A DNA stretch of 64,000 nucleotides from Takakia lepidozioides (taxonomy: Eukaryota; Plantae; Bryophyta): positions 32,860,001 to 32,924,000 of the forward strand of contig CM060731.1 of assembly GCA_030704615.1 (NCBI GenBank). The letters are read 5' to 3'. The position numbers and the translations under genes were made by a program. Positions 26,905 through 39,800 of the stretch are shown piece after piece. The notes beneath the pieces are model-generated. The model was given only the letters and a program-made list of their open reading frames with translations. It was not told the DNA's origin and ran no database searches. The stretch's first letter is position 1. The number at the start of each line of letters is the position of its first letter.

Positions 26905-28421
26905 CTCGAGAAAGATGAGCTCGTATCTATGAGTGTAGATACGAGTTAGTTGTAGCACTTGTGGTTTTTGCTTGAGAATGAGAGAAACCAAGTTGTTATG
27001 CAAGGAGCACCGTGGAGCTCTTGGTTGTTAGAAGCGGAGGCGATGTGGGTTACGAGGTGGTAAACCTTGGCATTCGATCTTCAGTTTCAGAGATGAAAGC
27101 ACCATACTGTAGGTAATTCCAGAGCACCTTGATGGTTTCAGATTGTGTACATGCATGAGCAAGCACGATTGGGAAGAGGACCAGTCAAGAGCAGGTTATA
27201 GTGGCTTTGGTGGCAAAGCTGAGAACTGGACTTGGGAATGCGAGCTGTCATTGTGTGAAGGATTGCAAGACCAAGCGAAAGGGCTGATTTGGCTTGGGGC
27301 AAATCAGTGCACTTTGTGGAGTATGGTGAGATTGGGTTTCAATCTCGAGCTTCAGCATTGAGAGGGCTCTTGTCATGGCGAGAGCAGGGCTGGAACAGGA
27401 GCTAAGAGGTGCGGCAAGGCCATGGAATGTGCACCTAGGGTTACAGAGCTTGGAAGAAGAGCTCTTGCACCACAAGAGCAGTGTCTTGTGGCTGGAAATG
27501 TAAGCCTTAGGGTTTCAGGAGCTTGGCAAAGGCTATGGAGTGCTTAGTCTTGTCTTAGAGAGCATCAAGGAGCCAAGGAGCCAAGATAGGGGGCTGATAT
27601 CTCTTGTGTGAAGAGGTTGCATGTGTGGAGCATGTATTCAGCTCATTGAAGCTTCCATCTTCAAGCTTGGAGGGCAAGCAAGGAAGAGGGAAGGGCTGAC
27701 TTCCCTTATGTGAGGGCAATGCATGTGTGGAGCATGCTATCAGCCTGGTGAAGGCTTGCACTTTCAAGTGTGGGAGTGCAAGAAAGGAAGGAAGGGGCTG
27801 GTTTCCCTGTAGGGCATGTGGAGCATGCTGAAGCTTGTATTTTCAGGTTTGTGGGTGCAAGAAATGAAGCAAAGGAGCTGATTCTTTTATGGTGAGAGTG
27901 GGGCATGTGTGGAGCATGCCTTCAGCCCATTGAGGCTCTTGTTTTCAAGCTTTAGAGAGCTAGAACGGAAGGTCTAGGGCTGGTTTCCACTTGGAGTGAA
28001 AGAAAAGCACTTGTAGGGCCTATGTGAGTTGGGGTTTCAACTTCAAGCTTGAAGGGAGCGCAACTCTTGAAGCAGCAGGTGTAGGGGGCTGGAAGAGGCT
28101 CTAAGACAGATGCTATGGCCAAGGAGAGAGCTTGAATGAGTGCTCACAAGGGCTGGGAACCAGCAGGGCTTGGTTGTTTGCCATTGAGTTTAGTGGCGTG
28201 TTTGGGTAGGCTAAGTGAGAAAGAAGGCTTGGTTTGTGGCAACCACCTCATGGCTTAGGGCTACTATGGTGGTGTGTGGGAGCCGAAAGAGCAAGGATAC
28301 CTTGCTGATTTCCTCACAGCCACCATAGCTCGGTGGAAAGAAGCCTAGAGTCCAAGAGACACAAACCCTAGCTTGGCGTGGCTAAACCCCTTGGAGAAAT
28401 GGCTAAACTGCCAGAGCGGCC

Positions 28422-29520
28422 ATGTGTGGGGCTGTGACGGGCTGTGACAGGCTGTGCCCATGGCCTTTGGGGCTGTGATGGGCTGTGAGGGGCTGTGACA
28501 GGCCGTGCCTGAGGCCTTTGAGGCTGTGATGGGCTGTGATGGGCTGTGATGGGCTGTGATAGGCTGTGCCCTGTGCCCTGTGGGGCTGTGACGGGCTGTG
28601 TCAGGCTGTGACAGGCTGTGCCCAGTGGCCTTTGGAGCTGTGACGGGCTGTGCGGGGCTGTGACAGGCTGTGCCCTGAGGCCTGTGGGGCTGTGATGGGC
28701 TGTGACAGGCTGTGCCCATGGCCTTTGGGGCTGTGATGGGCTGTGAGGGGCTGTGACAGGCCGTGCCTGAGGCCTTTGCGGCTGTGATGGGCTGTGACGG
28801 GCTGTGACAGGCTGTGGCAAGCTGTGACAGGCTGTGATGGGCTGTGACAGGCTGTGCCCTGTGCCCTGTGGGGCTGTGACGGGCTGTGTCAGGCTGTGAC
28901 AGGCTGTGCCCAATGGCCTTTTGGGGCTGTGACGGGCTGTGCGGGGCTGTGACAGGCTGTGCCCTGAGGCCTGTGGGGCTGTGACGGGCTGTGACAGGCT
29001 GTGCCCATGGCCTTTGGGGCTGTGATGGGCTGTGAGGGGCTGTGACAGGCCGTGCCTGAGGCCTTTGAGGCTGTGATGGGCTGTGACAGGCTGTGCCCTG
29101 TGCCCTGTGGGGCTGTGACGGGCTGTGTCAGGCTGTGACAGGCTGTGCCCAGTGGCCTTTGGGGCTGTGACGGGCTGTGCGGGGCTGTGACAGGCTGTGC
29201 CCATGGCCTTTGGGGCTGTGATGGGTTGTGAGGGGCTGTGACAGGCCGTGCCTGAGGCCTTTGCGGCTGTGACGGGCTGTGACGGGCTGTGACAGGCCGT
29301 GCCCATGGCCTTTGTGGCTGTGACGGGCTGTGAGGGGCTGTGACAGGCCGTGCCCGAGGCCTTTGGGGCTGTGACGGGCTGAGAGGTGCTGTGACAGGCC
29401 GTGCCTGAGGCCTTTGGGGCTGTGATGGGCTGTGGGCCTGTGGAGGCTGAGGTGTGACCTGTGACAGGCTGTGCCAGTGGCATGTGTGTGACGGCTGTGT
29501 GACCAGTGAGCTGTGTGGGC
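28422..29520. repeat. Higher-order minisatellite built from about 10-bp (G/A)GGCTGTGA(C/T/G) units, in the D1 leader
   Basis: Dozens of GGCTGTG units arranged in about 40-60 bp blocks punctuated by GGCCTTT and GTGCCC. Confidence 0.95.
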
Positions 29521-29782
29521 CTGTGCTGGTCTGTGGTGGCCCGTGTTGACCTGTGGATGGCCTGTGCTGACTCGTGGAGGCACTGGTGGACTAAGGACTG
29601 GCATGTGGTCTGGAAGGCCGAATTTTGAAGCTCGTGGAGGGCGGTTTGAGGAGTATCTTCATGATATTCCCATGGTCATGCAAGTTCAGGTGTAGGCTAT
29701 GTTAGGAACTTAGTATTCCAAACCATAAGCCGCAACAGGTTCTCTACCCGGTTACCTTGTGGAGAGGGGGTTAGGGACATGT

Positions 29783-32700
29783 TCATGACCGGTTGAGTGT
29801 CAACACGGAGGTGCCACTAGTTGCTGGGGACAGTGCCGGTTCGAGCACTAGCGATACTAGTGGGTACACGAGACGAGGTGTGCGGTTTAGGCCACCTTCA
29901 CCTCCTGTGTCTTCTACGGAAGGTTCTGATTCGGATTGTGAATCAGGAGGACTCATACCGGCGGTGCAAGTTGTTTTCTTTGCCATTTGTGGGACACAAT
30001 GGAGGAGATGTATGGAGCTACCAAGGGGCCACGAAGGTACTCTGGGGCGGTGGGCACCATCGAGTTGGATGATTTTATCCAAGAGTTTGATAGTTGGTGT
30101 GATTTGCAGCAAATGCGCAATCCACAACTATTTACGCCTTTCATGGCATGGAAAGGGCTGTTTCAGCACCTTGAGGGGCCGCCTATGGATGATTACCATG
30201 AGTTCAGGCGGGGGCATGAGGTTGAGATCGAGGAGTGGAGGATGTACTGGTCACCCGACTATGTCTCCATCACTAGGGGCACTAGAGCCACGAGGCAGTG
30301 GCTACACCTGCCGCTGCACCGGCAGCTTCAGCAAGCAGCAGTGGGACTGGTGGTACAGTAGCTACGACGTCCACCCAAGCCACTACCGCACCAGCACTAG
30401 CACCCGTGCCTGCCTTCAACCCTGTTGTGGAGTTCTTCGAAGAGTTGAGAGGGAACTACCAAGGGGTGAGGACAGAGAAGTTGCGGAGCTTGCAAGAGTT
30501 CCAACGGAAGCCAACCGAGAGCTTGAGGGAGGCTTTCACTCGCATGAGGCGCTTGATAAATGTAACCCAAGGGGTTACGGAAGCTCAGGCAGTCCAATTC
30601 TGGTATGGGATATTGGACAAGGAGCTGAGGAGAAGGGTGCGGGATGCAACTCTCCTACAAGCGGCCCAACCCACCTTAGCAAATGTGTTTTTGCTGGCAG
30701 AGCGGATAGAGCTCAACATGGTGGAGGAACGAGTGGTCATGGTGGGATTTGCTAAGGAGACACCACGGGGTAGTGGTGCTCCTAGCCAACCACTACCTCA
30801 ACGTGCTCAAGGCAACAAGGGGGCTCAGGTGAAGCTCAGAAGGGCAGAGAGGACCTCAAATGCAGGGGTCTCTCCCTTCATTTGCTGGCCAACAACGGGC
30901 GGATGTGGTGTGCTGGACATGTGGAGGACCCCATGTCAAGAAGGATTGCCCAGAGGGAGGCAAAGGGTCGGCACATGCACAGCCTGCACAGTTGCAGTGT
31001 GGGCATTGTGGCAAGCACGGGCATGGAGAGGCCCAGTGTTATGGTTTGCATCCTGAGTTGCGCCCAGGCCAGTTCCAAGGGAACAATGGTGGCCGGGGCG
31101 AGGTGGAGCAGCCCAGAGAGGACGAGGTGGCCAGCCACGAGGTGCAGGCCAAGGGCAAGCTCAACATGGCCAAGGACGCGAGGTCAGGGTGTTGACCAAG
31201 GCATGGCCAACCGGCTTCAGCAGCTAGAGCAGAGGCTCGCTGCCATGGCTACAGCTCAGGTGGTACCGGCTCTAAGGCCGGATGGTCCACCTCCTGCTCC
31301 TGAGGGAGGAGATATGGGAGGCATGGGATTCATGTGGGAGCAGCACTACCACTAGTGCAGGTGGAGTCTGCTGCAGCCGTGACTCGAGGAGCAGCACGAG
31401 TTCCTGAGCCACGAGGTGCAGAGGTGGAGTTGGATCCACAGCGTGGGGAGGCAAGCCGTCAGGCTAGGCTTCCTCAGTCATTCACATTGGCGGAGACAGT
31501 GTCGACGCCATCCATGCACCTAGTTCTCGCCCGACTGTTACCGAGGCGGAGGTACTATGCCATGGGAGAGCTACACGGGTAGCACCACTACCTAGTGTTG
31601 CCAAGGCTACGGCAGCTAGTGTGCTGCTAGGAGCGGCCACATCTGTGTGCCAGGCTCCATTGTTCTCGGCTACCATGATTGCGACGCCGGGGGTCAAGAC
31701 CAGCTGAGGAGTTCAGGCTGGCAGCTACACTCTGTGAGAGTGGGGAGGTTTACTCATCTTCTGCGGAGATAGTGGGAGGTGTAGTGCCGGAGGGATCCTC
31801 GGATTGAGGGTCAAGACTGCCACGGCGGCGCCATGGCAAGCTGCATCTGCCAGGTTGATGGAGCTGCCAGCTAGGCCAGCCATTTTGAGCGCGCCATGGT
31901 GACACGTGGAGTTGTCATGTTAGACAACCAGGATGGCATTTTCTGTTTTGAGTGACCGGCAGGCAAGAGGTACCGGCCACTGCGAGTCTTGTTGGACTCG
32001 GGAGCTCAGCCACTGATGCTGGGCAGAGCTGCTATTGCAGGCTTGGGCCTCAACGGAGGCGGATATGAGCCTTGTCCTTTCCAGATCAGACGTCTCTGGG
32101 AGGATCGGAGCAGGCTCGGGGCATGACACGGCATGAGTTGGCTATCAGACTACGGCCGGATCACCCTACAGATGGCTCAGTGATGCGAGCCAAGGCCATT
32201 GTGACAGACGTAGTCTCATACGATGTCCTGGTTGGTGGGGCCAGTGTTGTACCCCATGGGCTTCACCCTGGATTTTGGGAGGAGTCAGCTTTCCTATAGC
32301 CTGCATGGCAGTCAGGGGAGGGCCCGGCATGCGCAGCTCCCTGTGACGTTCATAGGAGGAGTTGCGGTTGCCCAGCGAGGCAAGATGCCGACACTAGCAG
32401 CATTCACAGCGGCAGTGAGTTGGCCTAGAGAGTTGCTTGAGGGCAATGCTCATTCAGAGGATGTACCACCTCCGGGAGAGCAGGATGACATGTATGGTAT
32501 GGCGGAGTTGCCTACCATGGTTGCTCAGACTCCATTTGGGGCACGAGCAAGATTTGCAGCGGGATGCTGATCGACGGGTGCACAAGCCTGGGTGGAGGCT
32601 TTTGTACCGTCAGGAGAGGAGGAGAGGTGTGGGATTGCACCAGGACCACCTCAATTGTCCCCATTGGACACACCACCTATTGTGTGGGCAGTCTCCGGAT

Positions 32701-33002
32701 GAAGGCATTTGTCTTCTAGACTTGTTTGGCGGGATCAGCACCGGATTGGCTGCTGTGTTTACAGGCAGGTGTACGAGTTCGGCGTTACCTGTATGTGGAG
32801 AGGGATGAGACTGCACTTACGCGTTTCACTTCGCCATGTTGCTCAGTTGGTGCAGCAGCGGTACCCTGAGTTGTTGTCGGTGTCTGCATTCGTGGATATC
32901 AGCAGGCCTTGCCAGCAGACATTTCGTTGCTGGGGGCGCAGGATTTGGAGCGGGTTGGCTCCATTGATCTGGTAGTGGCAGGTTGGCCCTGCCAAAGGCA
33001 TT
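29783..33002 (+). pseudogene. D1 gag, two zinc knuckles, protease and N-terminal part of the C5-cytosine methyltransferase (frameshifted)
   Basis: Gag ORFs 29987-30361 and 30298-31056. CWTCGGPHVKKDC and CGHCGKHGHGEAQC (30860-31195). LLDSGAQ at about 31990. MTase motif I ICLLDLFGGISTG at about 32705-32750. Motif IV GWPCQ at about 32980-32998. Confidence 0.9.
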
Positions 33003-33783
33003 TGTCGTGCGCATACATATCGCTACACACAACTACATCGCTGTCCAAACCACACCACACATATATGCACAATAAAGTAGTCTAACACAATGATAATGAA
33101 ACTTGAAAGGACACACTCCCAAACAAAGAAATATAAAATCCATCGCTATCACTCTTGAAACTGAAGTCGAGCCAGGGCACCCCAAGCTATGGGGACTCCA
33201 CCCCACAACAACCTATCCCTACATAAGCACACTAAAACTAAACACATGCAGAAGCTCGGTCGCGCAGGCTCAACTCGAGAGAGATGAGCCGCGCGACTGC
33301 CGCTCTCGTGAAGATAAGACGGACCAGGTGTCAAACTAAACTTGACACCTGATTTAACACTTGACCTAAATCCAAGTGTTAAATACAAATAACTAGTTTT
33401 ATGCTAGCTGTTTTCACACTGTGCTTATTTAACTGACAGCTGTCGTGCGCATACATATCGCTACACAACTACATCGCTGTCCAAACGTCCACCATATATA
33501 TGCACAATAAAGTAGTCTACCACAATCGCCCCCCTAGCTGGTGGATAGGTCCCTCTACCTCCAGATAGCTACAAGATGTAATAGCCACAGCCGTACTAAG
33601 TCCTCTATCACTGTCCCTATCGTACTCAAACTCTATAGACCAAGAGGCCGGGTACAAGAGTAGCCCATCGTTAGTCGCCGTCTTGCAATCTGTGAACTTG
33701 AGCCAGGACTTCGTGTATTCAAGGTCTCCTAGTAGCTGGGCCTTGCGTTGCTTGTTAGCCCTCCATGGTTGTATCCACTCCCA

Positions 33784-36700
33784 CTATCCAATGCATTGTG
33801 GACATAACCAATCCCCATCCGGAACCATCTCAAGAGGTGGAGTCAAGCATCCCATATGCCAACCTCTAGAGCATCGATCACACACCCAGCATGGTGGCTG
33901 CCCCTTTAGCAGACCCACACAACATGCACCTCAAACCTGCAGATACCACTGCCAGGTTTGGGTCAATCCTGCCATCGACATTCGGAAGGTGACATGGCGC
34001 ACAATTACGCACATGGTCCTTCCAAGTTATGCCATCCCGACCCTCCAAGACCAAGACGCCTGAGGGCAAGACTCTCGAACCCTCAAAATAACACGTCCTG
34101 CAGTCACATCCAGGGTCGTAGGAGCAGTCTGCTGCAGATAGACATAGTCACCAGGGTTGAATCTCCGAACCCCAGGACGATAGCCCCCACCCACGTATGG
34201 TAGCATACCTCAACGTATCACGGTGTTGTGCAATGGCAAGGTTCTCGAAAGCCATGGGCATGACTCTCTTGAACAACTCTGCACGCTGCTCACATGCACG
34301 TGCCCACACGTCCGGATCGTCAAGGTTAAGAACTGTAGCAGCTTCTCTGCGAATGGATGTAGGCAAATCCGGCTCTCTCGGCCAAAGAGAAGAAAGTATG
34401 GTGAGAAGGAGGCAAGTGATGCTTGCTTGCTGAACCTGTAGCCCATGGCTAACCAGGGTAACTGAAGGTCCCAATCTCCTAGGTGTCCCTTCTGCAAGCC
34501 ATACTTGCGCAAACCCCTCTTTACTGTCTGAACAACTCTCTCTGCCAAGCCATCGGCTCAGGATGATCCCGAGAAGTGGTGCGGTGGTCTATCAAGGCCT
34601 TGTCACACAAAGCCTGAAACTCCCCCAAGAACTCTCTCCCTTGGTCCGTGAGTACCTCAGCTGGAGCACCGAATCGGCTAAGCACACAATCCAGAATGCA
34701 TACGCAGCTCCCTCACTAGCCTTATCAAATCCACTTGGAGAAGTGCTCCACCATCACCAACACGTACTTGTTGTGGCGCATGGTCAGTGGCAACGGCCCT
34801 GCGAAGTCAAGACTCCACCTGTAGCCCAATCCCATGATCGGAAGAGGGTGCAATTGTGGAGTAGGGGCGTTGAATGAAGCACGCACCCTGTCACACACCA
34901 TGCACCTAGCCACAAATTGTTGCACCTCTGTGTGCATACCACGCCACCAATACTGCCCCTGCAGTAGACTATGAGTGCGTCGCACCCCAAAATGCCCCAA
35001 CTCCTCATGGGCATGCCGCACTAACCGTGCCCGCTGTGTTGGGTGAGGCACAATCCTCACTCGACCATCCCCACACTCGGAGCAGGTGTGTCCCCTCCCA
35101 CCTGAACCTCTTGGCTCGTTGTAGATCCGATCCCTCTCCTTGGCAGTCATAGTGGCTGCCGTGTCTCCACTGCGGAGGTAGTCCAACACAACTGAATCCT
35201 CATGTATATCTTTGGCGCACCCTGCTCATTGCTGGCCTCAGGGTCCTCAGACACTTGATCTACAGTCATCCCTGTTGTAGGTCCAACCTGGCCTTCCGCT
35301 GCCAAGATACACAGAAATGCAGATGCATGCCATCCGGGCACCATCTCCTCGTCCGTCTCACCATGCCACCGAGCTCCAGTGTCATCCTGCTGGCTCGTGC
35401 ATGGATTGCGACTCAACCCATCTGCATTTCGATTGACCAAACCCGGTCGATGCACCACCTGAAAGTCATACTCTTGAAGGATGAGTGCCCACCGTGCAAG
35501 CTTCCCCGTAAGCTTGTCTGACTCCATCAACCACTTGAGTGGTTGGTGATCCGTGACAAGGGTGAAGAGATTGCCGTATAATAGCACCTGAAGTGTGCCA
35601 CGGCCCACACTGCAGCTAAGCATTCTCCCTCATATGAGCTATACTTAGACTCTGCAGCATTGTTCGAGCGGCTAGCATAAGCCACTACGAACTCTCTTCC
35701 CTCATCATCCACCTGTGTGAGCACCGCTCCAAGCCCCAGCATGCTCCAATCTGTATGCAGCTGAAAAGGACCCCCCTGATAGGTCGTCTCAAGATGGGCG
35801 CCGAGGTCAACCTCGCCTTGAGCTCTTGAAAAGCTTGTTCTTGCTCATCTTCCCACTGCCACTCCTGGTCCACCTTGGTCAGCTTGGTTAGAGCCTTTGC
35901 AATGGCACTAAATCCCTTAACAAACCGTCTGTAATAGTTTGCTAACCCCATGAAAGCTCGAACTCGGCTCACATCCGTGGGGCGTGGAACCTGTGCAATG
36001 GACTCTACCTTAGTCTGCTGTACCCCCAATCCTCCAGGATATATCATGTGACCCAGATACTCAATCTGGTTGTGGAAAAACTTGCACTTGCCCGGATGTA
36101 ACTTCAATCCGTGCGTCCTCAAGCGCTCAAATACCCCCTGAAGGTGTCTCTCATGCTCCTCCACCGTAGCACTAAAGATGATGATGTCATCTATGTAGCA
36201 CCGAGCAAACTCCACCCCTGCTAGAATCCTGTCCATGACTCTTTGAAACTCAGCGGGAGCGTTTTTAAGCCCAAATGGTAAGAACCGCCACTGGTATAGG
36301 CAATCCTTCCCGTGCTCATTGATCCCCCAGAATGCCGTCTTTTGCTTATCCGCCTCCTTGATCGGCAACTGGTGATATCCGGATCGTAAATCCAACGTGC
36401 TAAAGACCTTGGAATGCCCAATGGCATCAAAGATCTCCTCTGGTGTTGGCATGGCATACCTATCGGACTTGGTCTGACGATTTACAGGCCGGTAATCACC
36501 GCACATACGTCTCCGTCCAATTGCCATAGACATCCTTCTTAGCTGGCATCACTGTGGCTGAAGCATACTCTCCACCAGAGAGCTCCACCAAACCTGCCTC
36601 CCAGAGATCTTGAGTCCTCATCTGAATCAAAGACCTCTCCATGTCACTGTATCTATAGGGTCTCCGAAAGATTGGCGTGTCAGTGGCCAACTCAATACGG

Positions 36701-36895
36701 ATCTCTTGACCCTTCAGTGCTCCCAAGTCCTTCAAACTGAAGGCAAAGCAATTCCTAAAGCCCTCAGGAACCGCCGTATACGTCGTCTCTCTCTCCTCCG
36801 GTGACAATGGGTCCAATGTCAGGCTCCCAATTGTCCTCCGTAACTGCAACCTTAAGTCCAGTGGGCTTAGAGGTAGAGGACGCGTCCCGTGGTTG
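33784..36895 (-). pseudogene. D2 RT-RNaseH-integrase-PHD finger (frameshifted)
   Basis: CYIDDIII (35685-36533), TDHQPL (35147-35623), HEELGHFG...CMVC...SLDFAGP (34725-35189), PHD region about 33790-33930. Confidence 0.92.
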
Positions 36896-39800
36896 CTATG
36901 CTGCAACCTCTTGAGCAGTACCCCCTTCCTGCTCAGTCAATGACAAGCCTCATCATCCTGCCCCATCATCTCATCATTGAGAACCTCCTCATCCCGAGAA
37001 GAATCCCCAACCTCATCCATCACAGCTGCCTTCGCTGCCAACTCCCTCTGAACCTCGAGCACCTCCCACATGTGCCATGGATGTCTACACCTCGTGGTCC
37101 TCACCGCTCGCCCCCACTCGCTGCCTGTACCGTCTCGGTAGGCAGAGAGACCGTCAAGGGAAGTGCACTCCGCACTCTACGTTGCTCAGCCATAGCCAAG
37201 CTGACAATCCAGGTCAAGCAATTGAGATCCATTGCTTGCCCCAACACCTGACGACGTGATGCCTCAGAAAAGAGAAGGCACCGCCGTGGTCCCAGTGGAA
37301 AACCCCCATAGCCCGCTCTCGCTCGTCGGCATTAGGCTCCACTAACTGCTGCAACTGAGCATCCCACAGGAGGCCAGGTCCACCATCCCGAAAAGCATGG
37401 GATCCTGGGAAGCTGAGCAGTGTAGGTAATGCTGCTCGTGTTGACCCACCCTGTTGACCACTGCCAAAGGCGAACGGTCATCGTGTCTCACACGTTGAGA
37501 CTGCCTTCCTGTGTCCAAAATGCCATCCACGGTGAGGTGTGCTGGCCGCTGCACCCCATCAAATGCACGCTTGAGCAGTGCGGGTGGCATCAAGTTAGTC
37601 CACCATAGTCGTGGACGATGAGCCCGTGACCCCACTGCAGCTGCATCCAGCAACACTGCTGACCCAAGCCACGACCGGACTTGATGCACACTGGCCATCA
37701 CCCTGGCCCGAGAATCACCCATCAGTGGTACATTCTCCAAGATGTATGCTGGAGATACAGCTTGATGAAGCTGCAAGCAGCGCGCAAAATCCGCACCATC
37801 TCCCAAAACAGACCCGTCCTCGAGTCTCGCAATCCATTGCCATGCCCGGCTGATGAATGCCCTTGGCAGGGCCAACCTGCCACTATCAGATCAATGGAGC
37901 CAACCTGCTCCAAATCTTGCGCCCCAACAAGGAAATGTCTGCTGGCAAGGCTGTTGGTATCCACGAACTGCAGACACAGGCAACAAGTCAGGGTACTGCT
38001 GTACCAACTGAGCCACATGGCGCAGTGAGACGCGTCGTGCAGTCTCATCCCTCTCCACATACAGTCGCCTTACCCGCACACCTGCTGTAGCACAGCAGCC
38101 AATCCGGTGCTGATCCGCCAAACAAGTCCAGAAGGCAAATGCCTTCATCCGGCCGCTGCCACACAAGAGGTGTGGTGTCCAATGGCGACAACTGAGGTGG
38201 CCCTGGTGCAATCACCGCACTCTCCTCCTCTCCTGACGGTACAAAAGCTTCTACCCAAGCTTGTTGCACCCGTCCATCAGCAGCTTGCTGCAAATCCTTG
38301 CTCGTACCCCACAACGGAGTGTGAGCAACCATGGCAGGCAACTCCGCCGTACCATGCATGTCATCCTGCTCTGCTGGAGGTGGCACATCCTCTGCATGGG
38401 CATTGCCTTCCAGCAACTCTCCAGGCCAACTAACTGCAGCTGTAAGGCGGCTAGTGTTGGCATCTTGCCCCGCTGGGCAGCTGCAATACCCCCATGAATG
38501 TCACAGGGAGCTGTGCACGGCGACCATCCCCTGACTGCCATCCAGGCCTGTAGGATGCTGACTCCTCCCAGAAATCCAGGGTGAAGCCCATGGGGTATAA
38601 CACTGCCCCACCAACGAGGACATCGTAAGAGACCGCGTCTGTCACAATGGCCTTGGCTCGCATCACTGAGCCATCTACAGGATGATCCGGCTGCAGTCTA
38701 ATAGCCAACTGATGCCGTGTCATGCCGCGAGCCTGCTCTGATCCTCCCAGAGATGTCTGTATCTGGAAAGGACAAGGCTCCATATCCGCCTCCATGAGGC
38801 CCAAACCTGCAATAGCAGCTCTGCCCAACATCAGTGGCTGAGCTCCTGAGTCCAACAAGACCCGCAGTGGCCGGTACTTCTTGCCTGCCGGTCCACTCAA
38901 AGTGAAAATGCCTCCCTGGTTGTCTAACAAGACAACTCCAGGTGTCACCATGGCGCGCTCAATGGCTGGCCTAGCTGGCAGCTCCGTCAATCTGGCAGCT
39001 GCAGCTTGCCAGGGCGCTGCCGTGGCAGTCTTGACCCTCAAATCCGAGGATCCCTCTGCCACTACACCTTCCACTAACTCCGCAGAAGATGAAGTGACCT
39101 CTCCACTCTCGCAGAGTGTTGCTGCTAGTCTGAACACTGCAGCTGGTCTCACTCCCGGCGTCGCAATCATGGTCGCCGAGAACAGTGGGGCTTGACACAC
39201 AGAGGTGGCTGCTCCCAATAACACACCGGCTGCACTAGCCTTGGTAGTAGCAGTGCTGCACGGTAGCTCTCCCAATGGCATAGTAACCTCCGCCTCGGTA
39301 ACAGTCGGGCGAGAACTAGGTGCCATGGATGGCGTTGACACTGTCTCCGCCAAGGTGAATGACTGAGGCAGCCTTGCCTGACGGCTTGCCTCCCCACGTT
39401 GTGGATCCAACTCCACCTCTGCACCTCGTGGCTCAGGAACTCGTGTGCTCCTCGAGTCACGGCTGCAGCAGACTCCACCTGCTCTAATGGTAGTGCTGCT
39501 CCGCACATGAATCCCATTCCGCCCATATCTCCTCCCTCAGGAGCAGGAGGTGGGCCATCCCGCCTGGGAGCCGGTACCGCCTGAGCTATAGCCATGGCAG
39601 CGAGCCTCTGCTCTAGCTGCTGAAGCCGATTGGCCATGCCTTGGTCAACACCCTGACCTCCGCGTCCTTGGCCATGTGGAGGTTGCCCTTGGCCTGCACC
39701 TCGTGCCCGACCACCTCGTCCTCTTTGGGCTGGTCCACCTCGCCCCCGGCCACCATTGTTCCCTTGGAACTGGCCTGGGCGCAACTCAGGATGCAAGTCA

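Noticed and set aside
28422-29520. CRISPR-like repeat array
   Set aside because: No unique spacers, no cas genes, and the context is eukaryotic.
28345-29604. Long ORFs (371, 158, 124 aa) with TACHSPSQP repeats
   Set aside because: They are translations of the minisatellite, which lacks stop codons on that strand. No evidence of a real protein.
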